Assembly: GCA_016195325.1 (NCBI GenBank)
Contig: JACPZX010000030.1
Location: 103,043 to 167,042 of the forward strand
Source of the DNA: Acidobacteriota bacterium
GTDB lineage: Bacteria > Acidobacteriota > Polarisedimenticolia > JACPZX01
Length of the DNA: 64,000 nucleotides
Direction of reading: 5' to 3'
The stretch's first letter is position 1. Every line of letters starts with the position of its first letter. The translations under genes were made by a program, and so were the position numbers. The notes beneath the pieces were generated by a model that saw nothing but the letters and a program-made list of their open reading frames with translations, was not told the origin of the DNA and did no database searches. Shown piece by piece: positions 1 through 8,869 of this stretch.

Positions 1-92
1 AGGGTCACCTTCGCCGCCTTCACCATGGCGTCGGCCGCCTCGATCATCGCCACCAGCCCGCGGGTCTCGATCATACCCAGGGCTTCACCCAT
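1..92 (-). CDS. BMC-H (PduA/EutM/CcmK-type) microcompartment shell protein. N-terminal 30 codons only; the gene continues beyond the window start.
   Basis: The reverse complement of 1..92 translates to [31 protein letters not shown], the canonical BMC-H consensus ([25 protein letters not shown]). A strong SD (GAAGGAGAAGGAGG) lies just upstream of the ATG at 92..90. An alternative ATG 24 nt upstream would give MKEKEDAGMGEAL. Confidence 0.75.
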   Translation of the reverse strand, partial: [30 protein letters not shown]

Positions 93-128
93 ACCGGCGT
101 CCTCCTTCTCCTTCATTCTCAGCCTCGG

Positions 129-902
129 CTAGGTCAGTCCTTTGACGACGTCCGAGACCAGCTCGACGAGCTGGTCGCGCGTGACGTGAATCTTCTCCGG
201 GTCCTTCCCGCCGATCTTCTCCTCGAGCACCGGGCACGTGAAGCAGGCGTGCGCCCTGGGCTCGAAGTGCGCGCGGCGGCGAATCGCCTCGAGCTTGGCG
301 ACGTTCTCCGGGGAGAGCGGCCGCTCCTCGCCGAGGATGCGCGCGACCATCCAGATGTGCGCGAAGTGCTCGAGCGTCTCCATGCGGTCGTACGCGCTGA
401 AGACGTCGCTTCCCGAGGCCATCGCCCCGTGGTTGGCGAGCAGGATGGCGTCGTGGTCCCTCACGTAGGGCTCGATGGCCGCCGCGAGCTCCGGCGTCGT
501 CGGCGTGCCGTACTCGGCGAGCGGGATCGTGCCGAGCGTCAGCACCACCTCCGAGATGAGCGGCTGATCGAGGGGAACGCCGGCCACCGCGAATCCCGTC
601 GCGTGCGGCGGATGCGCATGCACGACCGCGCCGACGTCGGGACGCTCGCGGTACGCCACCAGGTGCATGACGATCTCGCTCGAGGGCTCGAGCTTCCCGT
701 AGAGTTTCCGCCCGTCCGCGTCGGTGACGACGAGATCCTCCTCGTCGAGCCGCCCCTTGTTCCGGCCGGAGGGGGTGACGAGCAGGCGGCCGTTGTCCAT
801 CCGGACGGAGATGTTCCCGTCGGCGGCCGCGATCATCCCCTTCTGATAGAGGCGGCGGCCGACCTCGCAGATGTCCTTGCGGAGCTGGTGCTCGCTTCTC
901 AA
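129..902 (-). CDS. Class II aldolase/adducin-family protein (fuculose- or rhamnulose-1-phosphate aldolase-like) with a C-terminal amphipathic extension.
   Basis: C-terminal 235 aa of ORF 129..1685 match the class II aldolase fold (GNISVR...VVHAHPPHATGFA...LANHGAMASGSDVFSAY). The N-terminal part of the long ORF is antisense noise over the TPR gene. The likely start is TTG at 902, giving M-RSEHQLRKDICEVGRRLYQKG and matching the FucA N-terminus; it overlaps the upstream gene's TGA as TTGA. The alternative ATG is at 836. Confidence 0.8.
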   Translation of the reverse strand: MRSEHQLRKDICEVGRRLYQKGMIAAADGNISVRMDNGRLLVTPSGRNKGRLDEEDLVVTDADGRKLYGKLEPSSEIVMHLVAYRERPDVGAVVHAHPPHATGFAVAGVPLDQPLISEVVLTLGTIPLAEYGTPTTPELAAAIEPYVRDHDAILLANHGAMASGSDVFSAYDRMETLEHFAHIWMVARILGEERPLSPENVAKLEAIRRRAHFEPRAHACFTCPVLEEKIGGKDPEKIHVTRDQLVELVSDVVKGLT

Positions 903-1594
903 GAAGCCCCGCCCCCCGAGGCCCGCTTCGTCCTCTCCTTCGCCATCTCCTCCTTCAGCGCGTCGAGGTTGATGGCGCCGGGATTGATCTCGGCGACCTT
1001 GTTGAAGGCCTTCTGCGCGCGGTCGAAATCGCCCAGGTCGTACATCGCGACGATGCCGATGTTGAACCACCCCTTCCAGTGCTTCGGGTCGGTGGCCACG
1101 GCGCTCTCGAAGAGCTTCATCGCCTCGGCAGGCTGGCCGGTGTTCCGGAGCGCGGTGCCGAGATCGGTCGCGATGTCGACGTCCCCCGGCTTCACGGCGA
1201 GCGCCCTCTGGTAGTACTCCTTCGCGCCGTCGAACTTGCCGGAGTCGAAGTACATGTCGCCGAGGCGGCGCAGGGCGTCGTAGTTCTTCGGATCCTTCTC
1301 GATGAGGGCCTTGAGGGAGCCGATCTCCTTCTGGACCTGCTCCATCATCGCCATGTTGGGCGCGCCGTCGGCGCCCCCCGCGGCCGCGTCGGCGCCCCCC
1401 GCCGGGGGCATCGTCCCGCCCGCGGGGCGATCCGCGCCGGCGACCGGTCCGACCTTCCCCTCCATCCCCGGGGGGATCGGCGGGTGGGCGAAGCCGCCGC
1501 CGCGACCGGCCCAGATCTCGTGGGCGACGACGAATCCCATCAGAAAACCGAAGAGGAGCCCGGCAAACGCGAAGGAGACCTGACCTTTGTTCAT
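899..1594 (-). CDS. Membrane-anchored TPR-repeat protein.
   Basis: ORF 899..1675 with the start trimmed to ATG at 1594 (MNKGQVSFAFAGLLFGFLMGFVVA is a TM helix). TPR-like repeats follow (YDALRRLGDMYFDSGKFDGAKEYYQRALAVKP...). Confidence 0.6.
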   Translation of the reverse strand: MNKGQVSFAFAGLLFGFLMGFVVAHEIWAGRGGGFAHPPIPPGMEGKVGPVAGADRPAGGTMPPAGGADAAAGGADGAPNMAMMEQVQKEIGSLKALIEKDPKNYDALRRLGDMYFDSGKFDGAKEYYQRALAVKPGDVDIATDLGTALRNTGQPAEAMKLFESAVATDPKHWKGWFNIGIVAMYDLGDFDRAQKAFNKVAEINPGAINLDALKEEMAKERTKRASGGGAS

Positions 1595-1683
1595 CGCTGA
1601 AGATTCTCCGAAGGAACGCGGCCAGCGTAGCAGAAAGCGCTCCAAGAGGGTCAATCGGATCGCGGCGGAGAGCATAATGGGGC

Positions 1684-2598
1684 ATGGGCTCAGCGGTCCT
1701 CGAGATCCGCGATCTGGCGAAGAGCTACGGCCGCACGGTCGCGCTCGACGGCCTGACGCTCTCGCTCGAGCCCGGCGAGATTTTCGGCTTCCTCGGCCCT
1801 AACGGCGCCGGGAAGACGACGACGATCCGGCTCCTGCTCGATCTCATCCGCCCCACGCGCGGCGAGATCCGGATCTTCGGTCTCCCGCCGCGCGACCCCG
1901 CGTCGCGCGCGCGCGTCGGGTACCTTCCCGACCTCCTCGGCCTCGACGATCGCCTCACCGGTCGTGAGACGCTGGCCTTCTTCGACGCGCTCCGCCCGAA
2001 GGGCTCCCCTCCCGCCCGGCCGGAGCGCGTCGCCGAGATCTGCTCCCGGCTCGGCCTCCCCACCCGCGATCTCGATCGCGTCGTGCGGAGCGATTCGCGG
2101 GGCACGAAGCAGAAGGTCGGCCTCGCGGCCGCCTTCCAGGGGGATCCGGATCTCCTGATCCTCGACGAGCCGACCGCCGGGCTCGACCCCCTCGTCCGCG
2201 AGGCGGTCTTCGACCTGATGCGCGAGGCGGCGCGCGCGGGGCGCACGATCTTCCACTCGTCGCACGTCCTCTCCGAAGTCGATCGCACGTGCACGCGCGT
2301 GGGAATTCTCCGCGAAGGGCGGCTGGTCGCTCTGGACACGATCGAGGCGATGCGGCGGAGCTCGGTGCGACGGATGGTGGTCCGGTTCGAGGATGGGAAG
2401 GCCCCCGGCGCAATCTCCCTTCCCGGCGTCGAGGTCGTCGAACGCGAGGGAAGCCGCCTCGTCCTCAACATCTCGGGGGATCTCCACCCCCTCCTCGGGT
2501 TCCTCGCCGCGCACTCCGTCACCGACGTCGTCTTCCCCGAGAGGGATCTCGACGAGGCCTTCGCGCAGCATTACCGCGGACCGGAGGCGCGGCCATGA
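1684..2598 (+). CDS. ABC transporter ATP-binding protein (ABC-2 type exporter ATPase).
   Basis: Walker A GPNGAGKTTT, ABC signature and Walker B (LILDEPTAGLD), H-loop. 304 aa. Confidence 0.85.
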   Translation: MGSAVLEIRDLAKSYGRTVALDGLTLSLEPGEIFGFLGPNGAGKTTTIRLLLDLIRPTRGEIRIFGLPPRDPASRARVGYLPDLLGLDDRLTGRETLAFFDALRPKGSPPARPERVAEICSRLGLPTRDLDRVVRSDSRGTKQKVGLAAAFQGDPDLLILDEPTAGLDPLVREAVFDLMREAARAGRTIFHSSHVLSEVDRTCTRVGILREGRLVALDTIEAMRRSSVRRMVVRFEDGKAPGAISLPGVEVVEREGSRLVLNISGDLHPLLGFLAAHSVTDVVFPERDLDEAFAQHYRGPEARP

Positions 2599-3392
2599 TC
2601 GGAACGCTCGTCGCGCGCAACCTGAAACACCAGAGGCGGCTCCTCCTCGCCGGGCTCGCCGGCCTCGTCGCGTTCGAGACGCTCCTCTGCTGGGCCGCCT
2701 CTCAGATCGACCGGAATGTCGGGCTTCGCGCGCTCATGCAGCTCATGCCTCCGTCGATCCAGAGCCTCATGCCGGCCGAGGCGAGCTTCGTCTCCTTCCC
2801 CGGCGCGGTGGCGTTCGGTTTCACGCACCCCGTCGCCCTCGCCATCTCCTTCGCGCTCGTCCTCGCGGCGGCGACGACTCCGGCAGCCGAGCACGAGTCG
2901 GGATTCCTGGATCTCGTCGTGGCGCGCCCCGTCTCCCGGACGACGTACCTCGCGGCGACGCTCCTGGGCGTCGCGCGCGCCGCCGTGGCCGCTCCCATCG
3001 CGCTGCTGATCGGAGCGGCGATCGGGATCGCCGTCGCCGCCTCTCCCACCGCGCTCCCCTGGACGGCCTACATCCCCGGCGCCCTCGAGCTGAGCGCCCT
3101 TCTCCTCGCCGGAGGCGGCCTCTCGCTCGCCATCTCGGCGGGCGCCGCGCGCCGAGGTCCGGCGATGGCCCGATCGGTGGCGATTCTCCTCGCCTGCTTC
3201 TTCCTCGATTTCCTCGCGGGGATCCGGCCGGAGCTGAGGACGCTCGGCGCCCTCTCCCTCTTCCACTACTTTCGTCCCGTCGCCGCCGCCGTGAACGGGG
3301 AGCCGCCGCTCGGGGGCTGCGCCGTTCTTCTCGCGGTCTGCGGGGTCGCCACCGCCATCGCCTTCGTGCGCTTCGCCCGCCGCGATCTCTGA
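2595..3392 (+). CDS. ABC-2 family transporter permease.
   Basis: The ATG at 2595 overlaps the ATPase stop as ATGA. Polytopic hydrophobic protein (MIGTLVARNLKHQRRLLLAGLAGLVAF...), about six predicted TM segments. The long N-terminal extension of track ORF 2289..3392 is antisense/overlap noise. Confidence 0.7.
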   Translation: MIGTLVARNLKHQRRLLLAGLAGLVAFETLLCWAASQIDRNVGLRALMQLMPPSIQSLMPAEASFVSFPGAVAFGFTHPVALAISFALVLAAATTPAAEHESGFLDLVVARPVSRTTYLAATLLGVARAAVAAPIALLIGAAIGIAVAASPTALPWTAYIPGALELSALLLAGGGLSLAISAGAARRGPAMARSVAILLACFFLDFLAGIRPELRTLGALSLFHYFRPVAAAVNGEPPLGGCAVLLAVCGVATAIAFVRFARRDL

Positions 3393-3411
3393 CGCGGGGG
3401 GACGCGGTAAC

Positions 3412-6400
3412 ATGACGCGCGTGCGGCGACTCCTCGCTCCCCTCCTCGCGATTGCGGCCGCCGGTCTCGCGGCGACGGCGGCCGAGCTCCCCGCGAGCCC
3501 ACCGGCGCATCACGCCCTCACGGTCCGACTCGATCCCGCGCACCACGCGATCCGGGTCTCGGATGAGCTGGACCTTTCCGGAGCGCCGGCAGGAGCCGAC
3601 GGCGGCTACCGTTTCACCCTGCACGCCGGCCTCGCGCCGAGGGTCGCCACGGCGGGGTGGCGCCTCACGAAGGATTTCCGCGAGGCGGAGCCGGGAGACG
3701 TGCCGCTCGAAGCCTGGCGCCTGATCCCTCCCGCGAGCGGCGGCGCCGATGTCGCGATCGAGTATGGAGGGGCGATCGATCACCCCGTCGCCGTCGGCGA
3801 GGAGGAGTACCAGCGCGGCTTCTCGGAGACCCCCGGGACGATCGAGGAGCGCGGCGTCTACCTCGCCGGCGCGACACACTGGGTTCCGACCTTCGGCGAA
3901 GCCCTGGTGACGTTCGATCTCGAGGTGGACGGCCTCGCGCCCCTCTGGGACGTCGTGAGCGCCGGGGAGCGCACGCGTCACGAGACGGCGGCGGGGGAGC
4001 GCACGACCGCGTGGCGATCGACGCACCCCGTCGAGGAGATCCACCTCGTCGCCGGCCCGTGGATCGAGCGCGACGATCGCGCCGGCGCCGTCCCCTTCGC
4101 GGCCTTCCTGAGGGAGGACGACCCCGCGCTCGCCGCGCGCTACCTCGACGCGGGGAAGCGCTATCTCAGGATGTACGAGGGGATCCTCCCGCGATTCCCG
4201 TGGCCGTCGTTCTCCCTCGTCGAGAACTTCTGGGAGACCGGATACGGGATGCCGGGGTTCACGCTTCTCGGGCCGAAGATCATCCGCATGCCGTGGATCC
4301 TGACGTCGTCGTACCCGCACGAGCTGCTCCACAACTGGTGGGGAAACTCGGTGTACGTCGCGCCTCAGGGGGGCAACTGGAGCGAGGGGCTGACCGCCTA
4401 CATGGCCGACCATCTCTTCGCCGAGCAGTCGGGGGAGGCCGAGACGTACCGGCGCACGACGCTCCAGAAGTACGCCGACTTCGTGCGCGGCAACAACGAC
4501 TTCCCTCTCGCCGCCTTCACCTCGCGCCGCTCGGCCGCCTCGGAGGCGGTCGGATACGGGAAGGCGATGATGCTCTTCCACATGGTGAGGCGAACCGTCG
4601 GCGACGCCGTCTTCCTCGAGCGCCTCTCCCGCTTCGCCGACGCGCACCGCTACGCGCGCGCGTCGTTCAGGGACGTCGCCGAGGCGTTCGCGGGAGCGGG
4701 TGAGACCGACTGGCCCGCCTTCTTCGAGACGTGGACGACGCGGACCGGCGCGCCGGCGCTCGAGCTCTCGAAGGCCACGGTCCGACCGGCCACCGCCTCG
4801 CCGGGCGCTTTCACGCTCGACCTGGAGATCCGCCAGACGCAGGCCGAAGATCCATTCCCTCTCGTGGTCCCCGTCGCGATCACCGTCGCCGGCCGCGAGG
4901 AGCCGATCCTGAAGGACATCCCGTCCACGGAACGCGTGGCGGCCGCGTCGATCGATTTGCCCTCGCGGCCGCTGCGCGTCACGGTCGATCCCTCCTTTGA
5001 CCTCATGCGACGCGTGGACCCTCTCGAGGTCCCACCGGCCCTCTCGTCGCTCCTCGGCGACGAAGATCCGCTCTTCGTGATCCCGTCGCGCGCCCGGGCG
5101 GTCGAGGCGAAGGCGTGGCGCGATCTCGCCGCCGCGTGGACGCACGGCCACGCGCCGCGCGTCGTCACCGACGCCGAGACGGCGAAGCTCCCCGAAGGAA
5201 CGGTCTGGCTCCTCGGCTGGGACAACGCGCTCGTGCGCGACTTCGCGGAAGAGCTGGCCGACCCCGCGGTGACGGCGCGCGCGGACGGCGTCACGATCGA
5301 TGGGACGGTCACCTCCCGTACAGGGCGCTCCGCCGTCCTCGTCGCACGGCGGCGCGCCGACGCGCGAAAGGCTGTCGGCTGGATCGCGGCCGATCCGATC
5401 GCGGCGATCCCCGGCCTCGCCCGCAAGCTCCCGCACTACTCGCGCTACTCGTGGCTCCTCTTCAAGGGGGACGAGCCGGAGAACACCGGCAAGGGAGCCT
5501 GGGCGCCGCACGGCTCGCCGCTCGTCCGGGATCTCGCGCCCGGGGGCGCCCCTCCGCTCCGCCTGCCCGCGCGAAAGCCTCTCGCCGATCTCCCCGCGGT
5601 CTTCGACGGCGCGGCGATGCAACGCACCGTGGAGTCGCTGGCGTCACCGGAGATGGCCGGCCGCGGCGCGGGAAGCGCGGGCCTCGATCGGGCGCTGGCG
5701 CTCGTCGAGCGCGCGTTCACCGACATGAAGCTGACGCCCGCGGGGGACGCGGGGTATCGCCAGAGTTTCAAGGAAGGGACGAACCTTCTCGGCGCCCTCC
5801 CCGGCTCCGACGCCGCGCTCGCGGATCATCCCGTCGTCGTCCTCGCCCATCTCGATCATCTAGGCTCGGGAGGCGCGCTCGCCCGCGCCGGAAACGACGG
5901 GAAGATGCACCCGGGCGCCGACGACAACGCGTCGGGGGTCGCCGTCCTCCTCGAGCTGGCGCGATCGATGGCGGCCGAGCCGCGCGGCGTGAGGCCCGTC
6001 CTCTTCGCCGTCGTCTCGGGCGAGGAGATCGGCCTCCTGGGCTCACGCCACTTCATCTCGACGCGCGCGCCGGAGCGCCTCCCCTTCGCCTGCGTCAACC
6101 TCGACACGGTGGGGCGGCTCCGCGACGGGAAGCTCTACGCCCTCAACACCGACTCGGCGCGCGAGTGGCGCTTCATCTTCATGGGGATCCAGGCGACGAC
6201 CGGCATGCCGATCACGATCGTCCCCGAGCCCCTCGACAGCTCCGATCAGACCGCCTGCCTCGAGAGCGGTGTCCCCGCGGTCCAGCTCTTCACGGGTCCG
6301 AACGCCGACTACCACCGCCCGTCGGACACTCCCGAGAAGATCGACGCCGACGGGATGGCCCGCGTCGCCGAGGCGGCGCACGAGGCGGTGGCGTATCTCG

Positions 6401-6750
6401 CCTCACGCGCTGAGCCTCTCACCGTGAAGCTCGCCGCGGCGGGGGCCGCGGCGGCGCCGGGAGCTGCCTCGCCGGCGCCTCCCGCGCGGCGCGCGGGGAT
6501 GGGGTGTGTCCCCGACTTCGCCTTCGCCGGCCCCGGCGTGCGCGTGCAGGACGTCGTCGCCGACTCGCCCGCGGCGAAGGCCGGCCTCATGGCCGGCGAC
6601 ATCCTCCTCTCCTTCGGCGGCGCGGAGATCGCGGGGCTGAAGGGCTACTCAGATCTCCTGAAGGCGCACGCCCCGGGCGACATCGTCGAGGTCGTCGTGA
6701 AGTGCGGGGAGCAGAAGCTCACGATGAAGGTGACGCTGGCGGAGAGGTGA
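3412..6750 (+). CDS. Secreted multidomain zinc peptidase: M1-like gluzincin domain, then M28 aminopeptidase domain, then C-terminal PDZ.
   Basis: Signal peptide MTRVRRLLAPLLAIAAAGLAATAA. HEXXH-X18-E motif (YPHELLHNWWGNSVYVAPQGGNWSEGLTAY). M28 motifs (VVLAHLDHLGSGG, HPGADDNASGVAVLLELARSMA, VLFAVVSGEEIGLLGSRHFI). PDZ at the C-terminus (GVRVQDVVADSPAAKAGLMAGDILLSFGG). Confidence 0.8.
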   Translation: MTRVRRLLAPLLAIAAAGLAATAAELPASPPAHHALTVRLDPAHHAIRVSDELDLSGAPAGADGGYRFTLHAGLAPRVATAGWRLTKDFREAEPGDVPLEAWRLIPPASGGADVAIEYGGAIDHPVAVGEEEYQRGFSETPGTIEERGVYLAGATHWVPTFGEALVTFDLEVDGLAPLWDVVSAGERTRHETAAGERTTAWRSTHPVEEIHLVAGPWIERDDRAGAVPFAAFLREDDPALAARYLDAGKRYLRMYEGILPRFPWPSFSLVENFWETGYGMPGFTLLGPKIIRMPWILTSSYPHELLHNWWGNSVYVAPQGGNWSEGLTAYMADHLFAEQSGEAETYRRTTLQKYADFVRGNNDFPLAAFTSRRSAASEAVGYGKAMMLFHMVRRTVGDAVFLERLSRFADAHRYARASFRDVAEAFAGAGETDWPAFFETWTTRTGAPALELSKATVRPATASPGAFTLDLEIRQTQAEDPFPLVVPVAITVAGREEPILKDIPSTERVAAASIDLPSRPLRVTVDPSFDLMRRVDPLEVPPALSSLLGDEDPLFVIPSRARAVEAKAWRDLAAAWTHGHAPRVVTDAETAKLPEGTVWLLGWDNALVRDFAEELADPAVTARADGVTIDGTVTSRTGRSAVLVARRRADARKAVGWIAADPIAAIPGLARKLPHYSRYSWLLFKGDEPENTGKGAWAPHGSPLVRDLAPGGAPPLRLPARKPLADLPAVFDGAAMQRTVESLASPEMAGRGAGSAGLDRALALVERAFTDMKLTPAGDAGYRQSFKEGTNLLGALPGSDAALADHPVVVLAHLDHLGSGGALARAGNDGKMHPGADDNASGVAVLLELARSMAAEPRGVRPVLFAVVSGEEIGLLGSRHFISTRAPERLPFACVNLDTVGRLRDGKLYALNTDSAREWRFIFMGIQATTGMPITIVPEPLDSSDQTACLESGVPAVQLFTGPNADYHRPSDTPEKIDADGMARVAEAAHEAVAYLASRAEPLTVKLAAAGAAAAPGAASPAPPARRAGMGCVPDFAFAGPGVRVQDVVADSPAAKAGLMAGDILLSFGGAEIAGLKGYSDLLKAHAPGDIVEVVVKCGEQKLTMKVTLAER

Positions 6751-6763
6751 GCGCGATCCGATC

Positions 6764-8869
6764 TCACGGCGCCGCCGGAAGATCCGACGCGCGGTACGGC
6801 TCGGCGAGGAGCTTCGACGCCTCCTCGTGCGCGCCGCGAAGATCCGGAAGGTCGAGAGCCCTCCGGTACGCGCGGAGGGCCGCCGAGCGTCTCCCCGCCA
6901 GATCGTGGATCTGGCCGATGCGAACCTGGTTCCACGACCGTAGATCCGGATCCGCGGGGAGCCAGAGCGGCGGCGGAAACTCGGCCGCGCCCGCGTCCTC
7001 GGCGACGCCGCGGCGAAGCCGCTCGTCCTCGCGCGCCCGGCGCTCGGCGATGCGCGCCGTCTCCTCGTGGGCCATCAGGGCGGCGGCGTACTCCTTGAGG
7101 GCGACGTCGACGCGCCCCTCGCGGTAGCGCGGGAGCACCGCCCGGGGGTCGGCCTCCTGCGCCGCGCGGTACTTCCTCATCGCCTCCTCGAAGCGCCCGG
7201 CGCGCTCTGCGGCCAGCCCCTCGCGGGCGAGGGCGGCGGAGCGCGACGCGACGTCGAGGAGGGCGAGCGCCTCGCGGACCGTCGGGTCGATCCTCGGGAT
7301 CGTCAGATCGGGATCGACCAGCGCCTCGGTGACGCGGAAGGGAAACGGGACCTCGACGCGGCTGACGCGCCCCCCGAGCCTCACCGGGCGCGACTCGCGG
7401 CGGCCGCCGCCTCGCGCTTCCACGGGGATCAGGAGCCGGAAGGTGCGCGCCCCGGTCTGCCGCACCTCCCCGGTGACGAGCCCCTCGACCGATCCGGACC
7501 CGACCCGCAGTTCCGACTCGATCTCGGGGAGCCCCGAGAGGTGGACCCACTCGTCCCGCAGCCATCCGAAGGGGAGCCCGGAGGCCTTCTGAAGCGCCGT
7601 CACGAGGCCGTCGGTCGTCAGGCGGCGGCTCGAGCCCGGAGGATATTCGCCGGCCAGGGCCTGGAGCGCCTCGTCGAGCGCCTCGGGCGACGCGACGGAC
7701 GCGATCATCCTGAAGATCATCGCCCCCTTGGTGTAGTAGAGGAGGCGCGCGTCGGGATCGACGCGCCGCGTCGCGGAGATCGGCGGAAGGAGAGCGATGG
7801 TCTCACCAGGCGCGCTCTTCCGGCTCGCGAGCTCAAGGAGATCGGCGCGGCGCCAGCGATCGACGACCGTCTTCTCCCCCATCGAGTCCAGCGCGCGGCG
7901 CGCGAAGTCCTCCGCGAGCCCCTCGTTGATCCAGTCGTCGTACGTGTGCGTGTCGGCGAGGGGCGCGAAGGCGTGCCCGATCTCGTGGAGGATGCGCCTC
8001 AGCGTTTCGTCCTTCTCCTCGCGGGTGAGAGGCCCCTCCAGCCCCGGCTCGGTGAGCCAGCCCGTCGGGATGACGACCAGAGGTGGCCGCGCGTAGCCGT
8101 CCCCTTCGCGGGGGACGATCGCGATCGTCACCGTCGCCGGGGGGGCGGCCGATCGCGGCGGCCGCATCCTCGAGGCGATCGCCTCGCAGCCGCGCGCCAG
8201 ATCCCCCGGGAGCCACGTCGCGACGGAGCCCGGGAGATCGGCCGAGACGATCTCGAGCCGGCAGGAGGCGCCCGCGGTCACGGAGATCTCGCGCATCGCG
8301 GAAGAGAGGATGAGCGGGACATCGTCACCCGAGGAACGGCCGCGCGCGATCCGGGTCGTCGCGGGCGCTCCCGTCGTCACCAAGCGTTGGACCTGCGGCG
8401 CCTCGACCTCAATCACGTAGTCGAACCCCTGCGGTCCCTCGAGGATGGGAAACCACGCCGCGTAGAGGTTCAGCTCGGTGAGGTCCGGAGTGATGCGGCT
8501 GATCGATCGGGGGCCGCCGGGAAGCGAGCCGTGATAGCGCACGACGAGACGCATCGTCTCGCCCGGGGCGGGGGGCGACGGGATGCTGAACCTCCGGCTC
8601 GCCGGTGAAAACGCGAGGTGGTCGTCGGGGTCGCCCCTCGTGAAAGGGACCGGCGCGCCGTCCACCTCGACGCCGTCGATCTCGAAGTCGCGGTTCAGGA
8701 AGAAAGAGAGCGCCGCGGCAGGAGCGAGATCGAGCGATGCGGTCGCGATCAACGTGCCCGCCACGGGATCGATCGCCACGTGCATCGAGAGATGCTCGAC
8801 CGACGGGGGGGCCGCGACGGCGGCGGAGATCGCGGCGAGCCCGAGGACCAGGATCCCGCGGAGGCTCAG
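6764..8869 (-). CDS. Secreted M1-like zinc metallopeptidase with a C-terminal TPR-like region. Start uncertain: ATG at 8785, or an in-frame upstream non-ATG codon at 8869.
   Basis: HEXXH...E motif (LHEIGHAFAPLADTHTYDDWINEGLAEDF). The ATG at 8785 gives a protein with no signal peptide. The 84 in-frame nt upstream encode a classic signal peptide (LSLRGILVLGLAAISAAVAAPPSVEHLS) starting at a CTG that directly abuts the upstream gene's TAA stop. Confidence 0.65.
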   Translation of the reverse strand: MSLRGILVLGLAAISAAVAAPPSVEHLSMHVAIDPVAGTLIATASLDLAPAAALSFFLNRDFEIDGVEVDGAPVPFTRGDPDDHLAFSPASRRFSIPSPPAPGETMRLVVRYHGSLPGGPRSISRITPDLTELNLYAAWFPILEGPQGFDYVIEVEAPQVQRLVTTGAPATTRIARGRSSGDDVPLILSSAMREISVTAGASCRLEIVSADLPGSVATWLPGDLARGCEAIASRMRPPRSAAPPATVTIAIVPREGDGYARPPLVVIPTGWLTEPGLEGPLTREEKDETLRRILHEIGHAFAPLADTHTYDDWINEGLAEDFARRALDSMGEKTVVDRWRRADLLELASRKSAPGETIALLPPISATRRVDPDARLLYYTKGAMIFRMIASVASPEALDEALQALAGEYPPGSSRRLTTDGLVTALQKASGLPFGWLRDEWVHLSGLPEIESELRVGSGSVEGLVTGEVRQTGARTFRLLIPVEARGGGRRESRPVRLGGRVSRVEVPFPFRVTEALVDPDLTIPRIDPTVREALALLDVASRSAALAREGLAAERAGRFEEAMRKYRAAQEADPRAVLPRYREGRVDVALKEYAAALMAHEETARIAERRAREDERLRRGVAEDAGAAEFPPPLWLPADPDLRSWNQVRIGQIHDLAGRRSAALRAYRRALDLPDLRGAHEEASKLLAEPYRASDLPAAP

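Noticed and set aside
2821-5622. 933-aa minus-strand ORF antisense to the M1-M28-PDZ peptidase
   Set aside because: Extremely Arg/Gly/Pro-rich antisense translation of a GC-rich gene; the sense frame carries all motifs.
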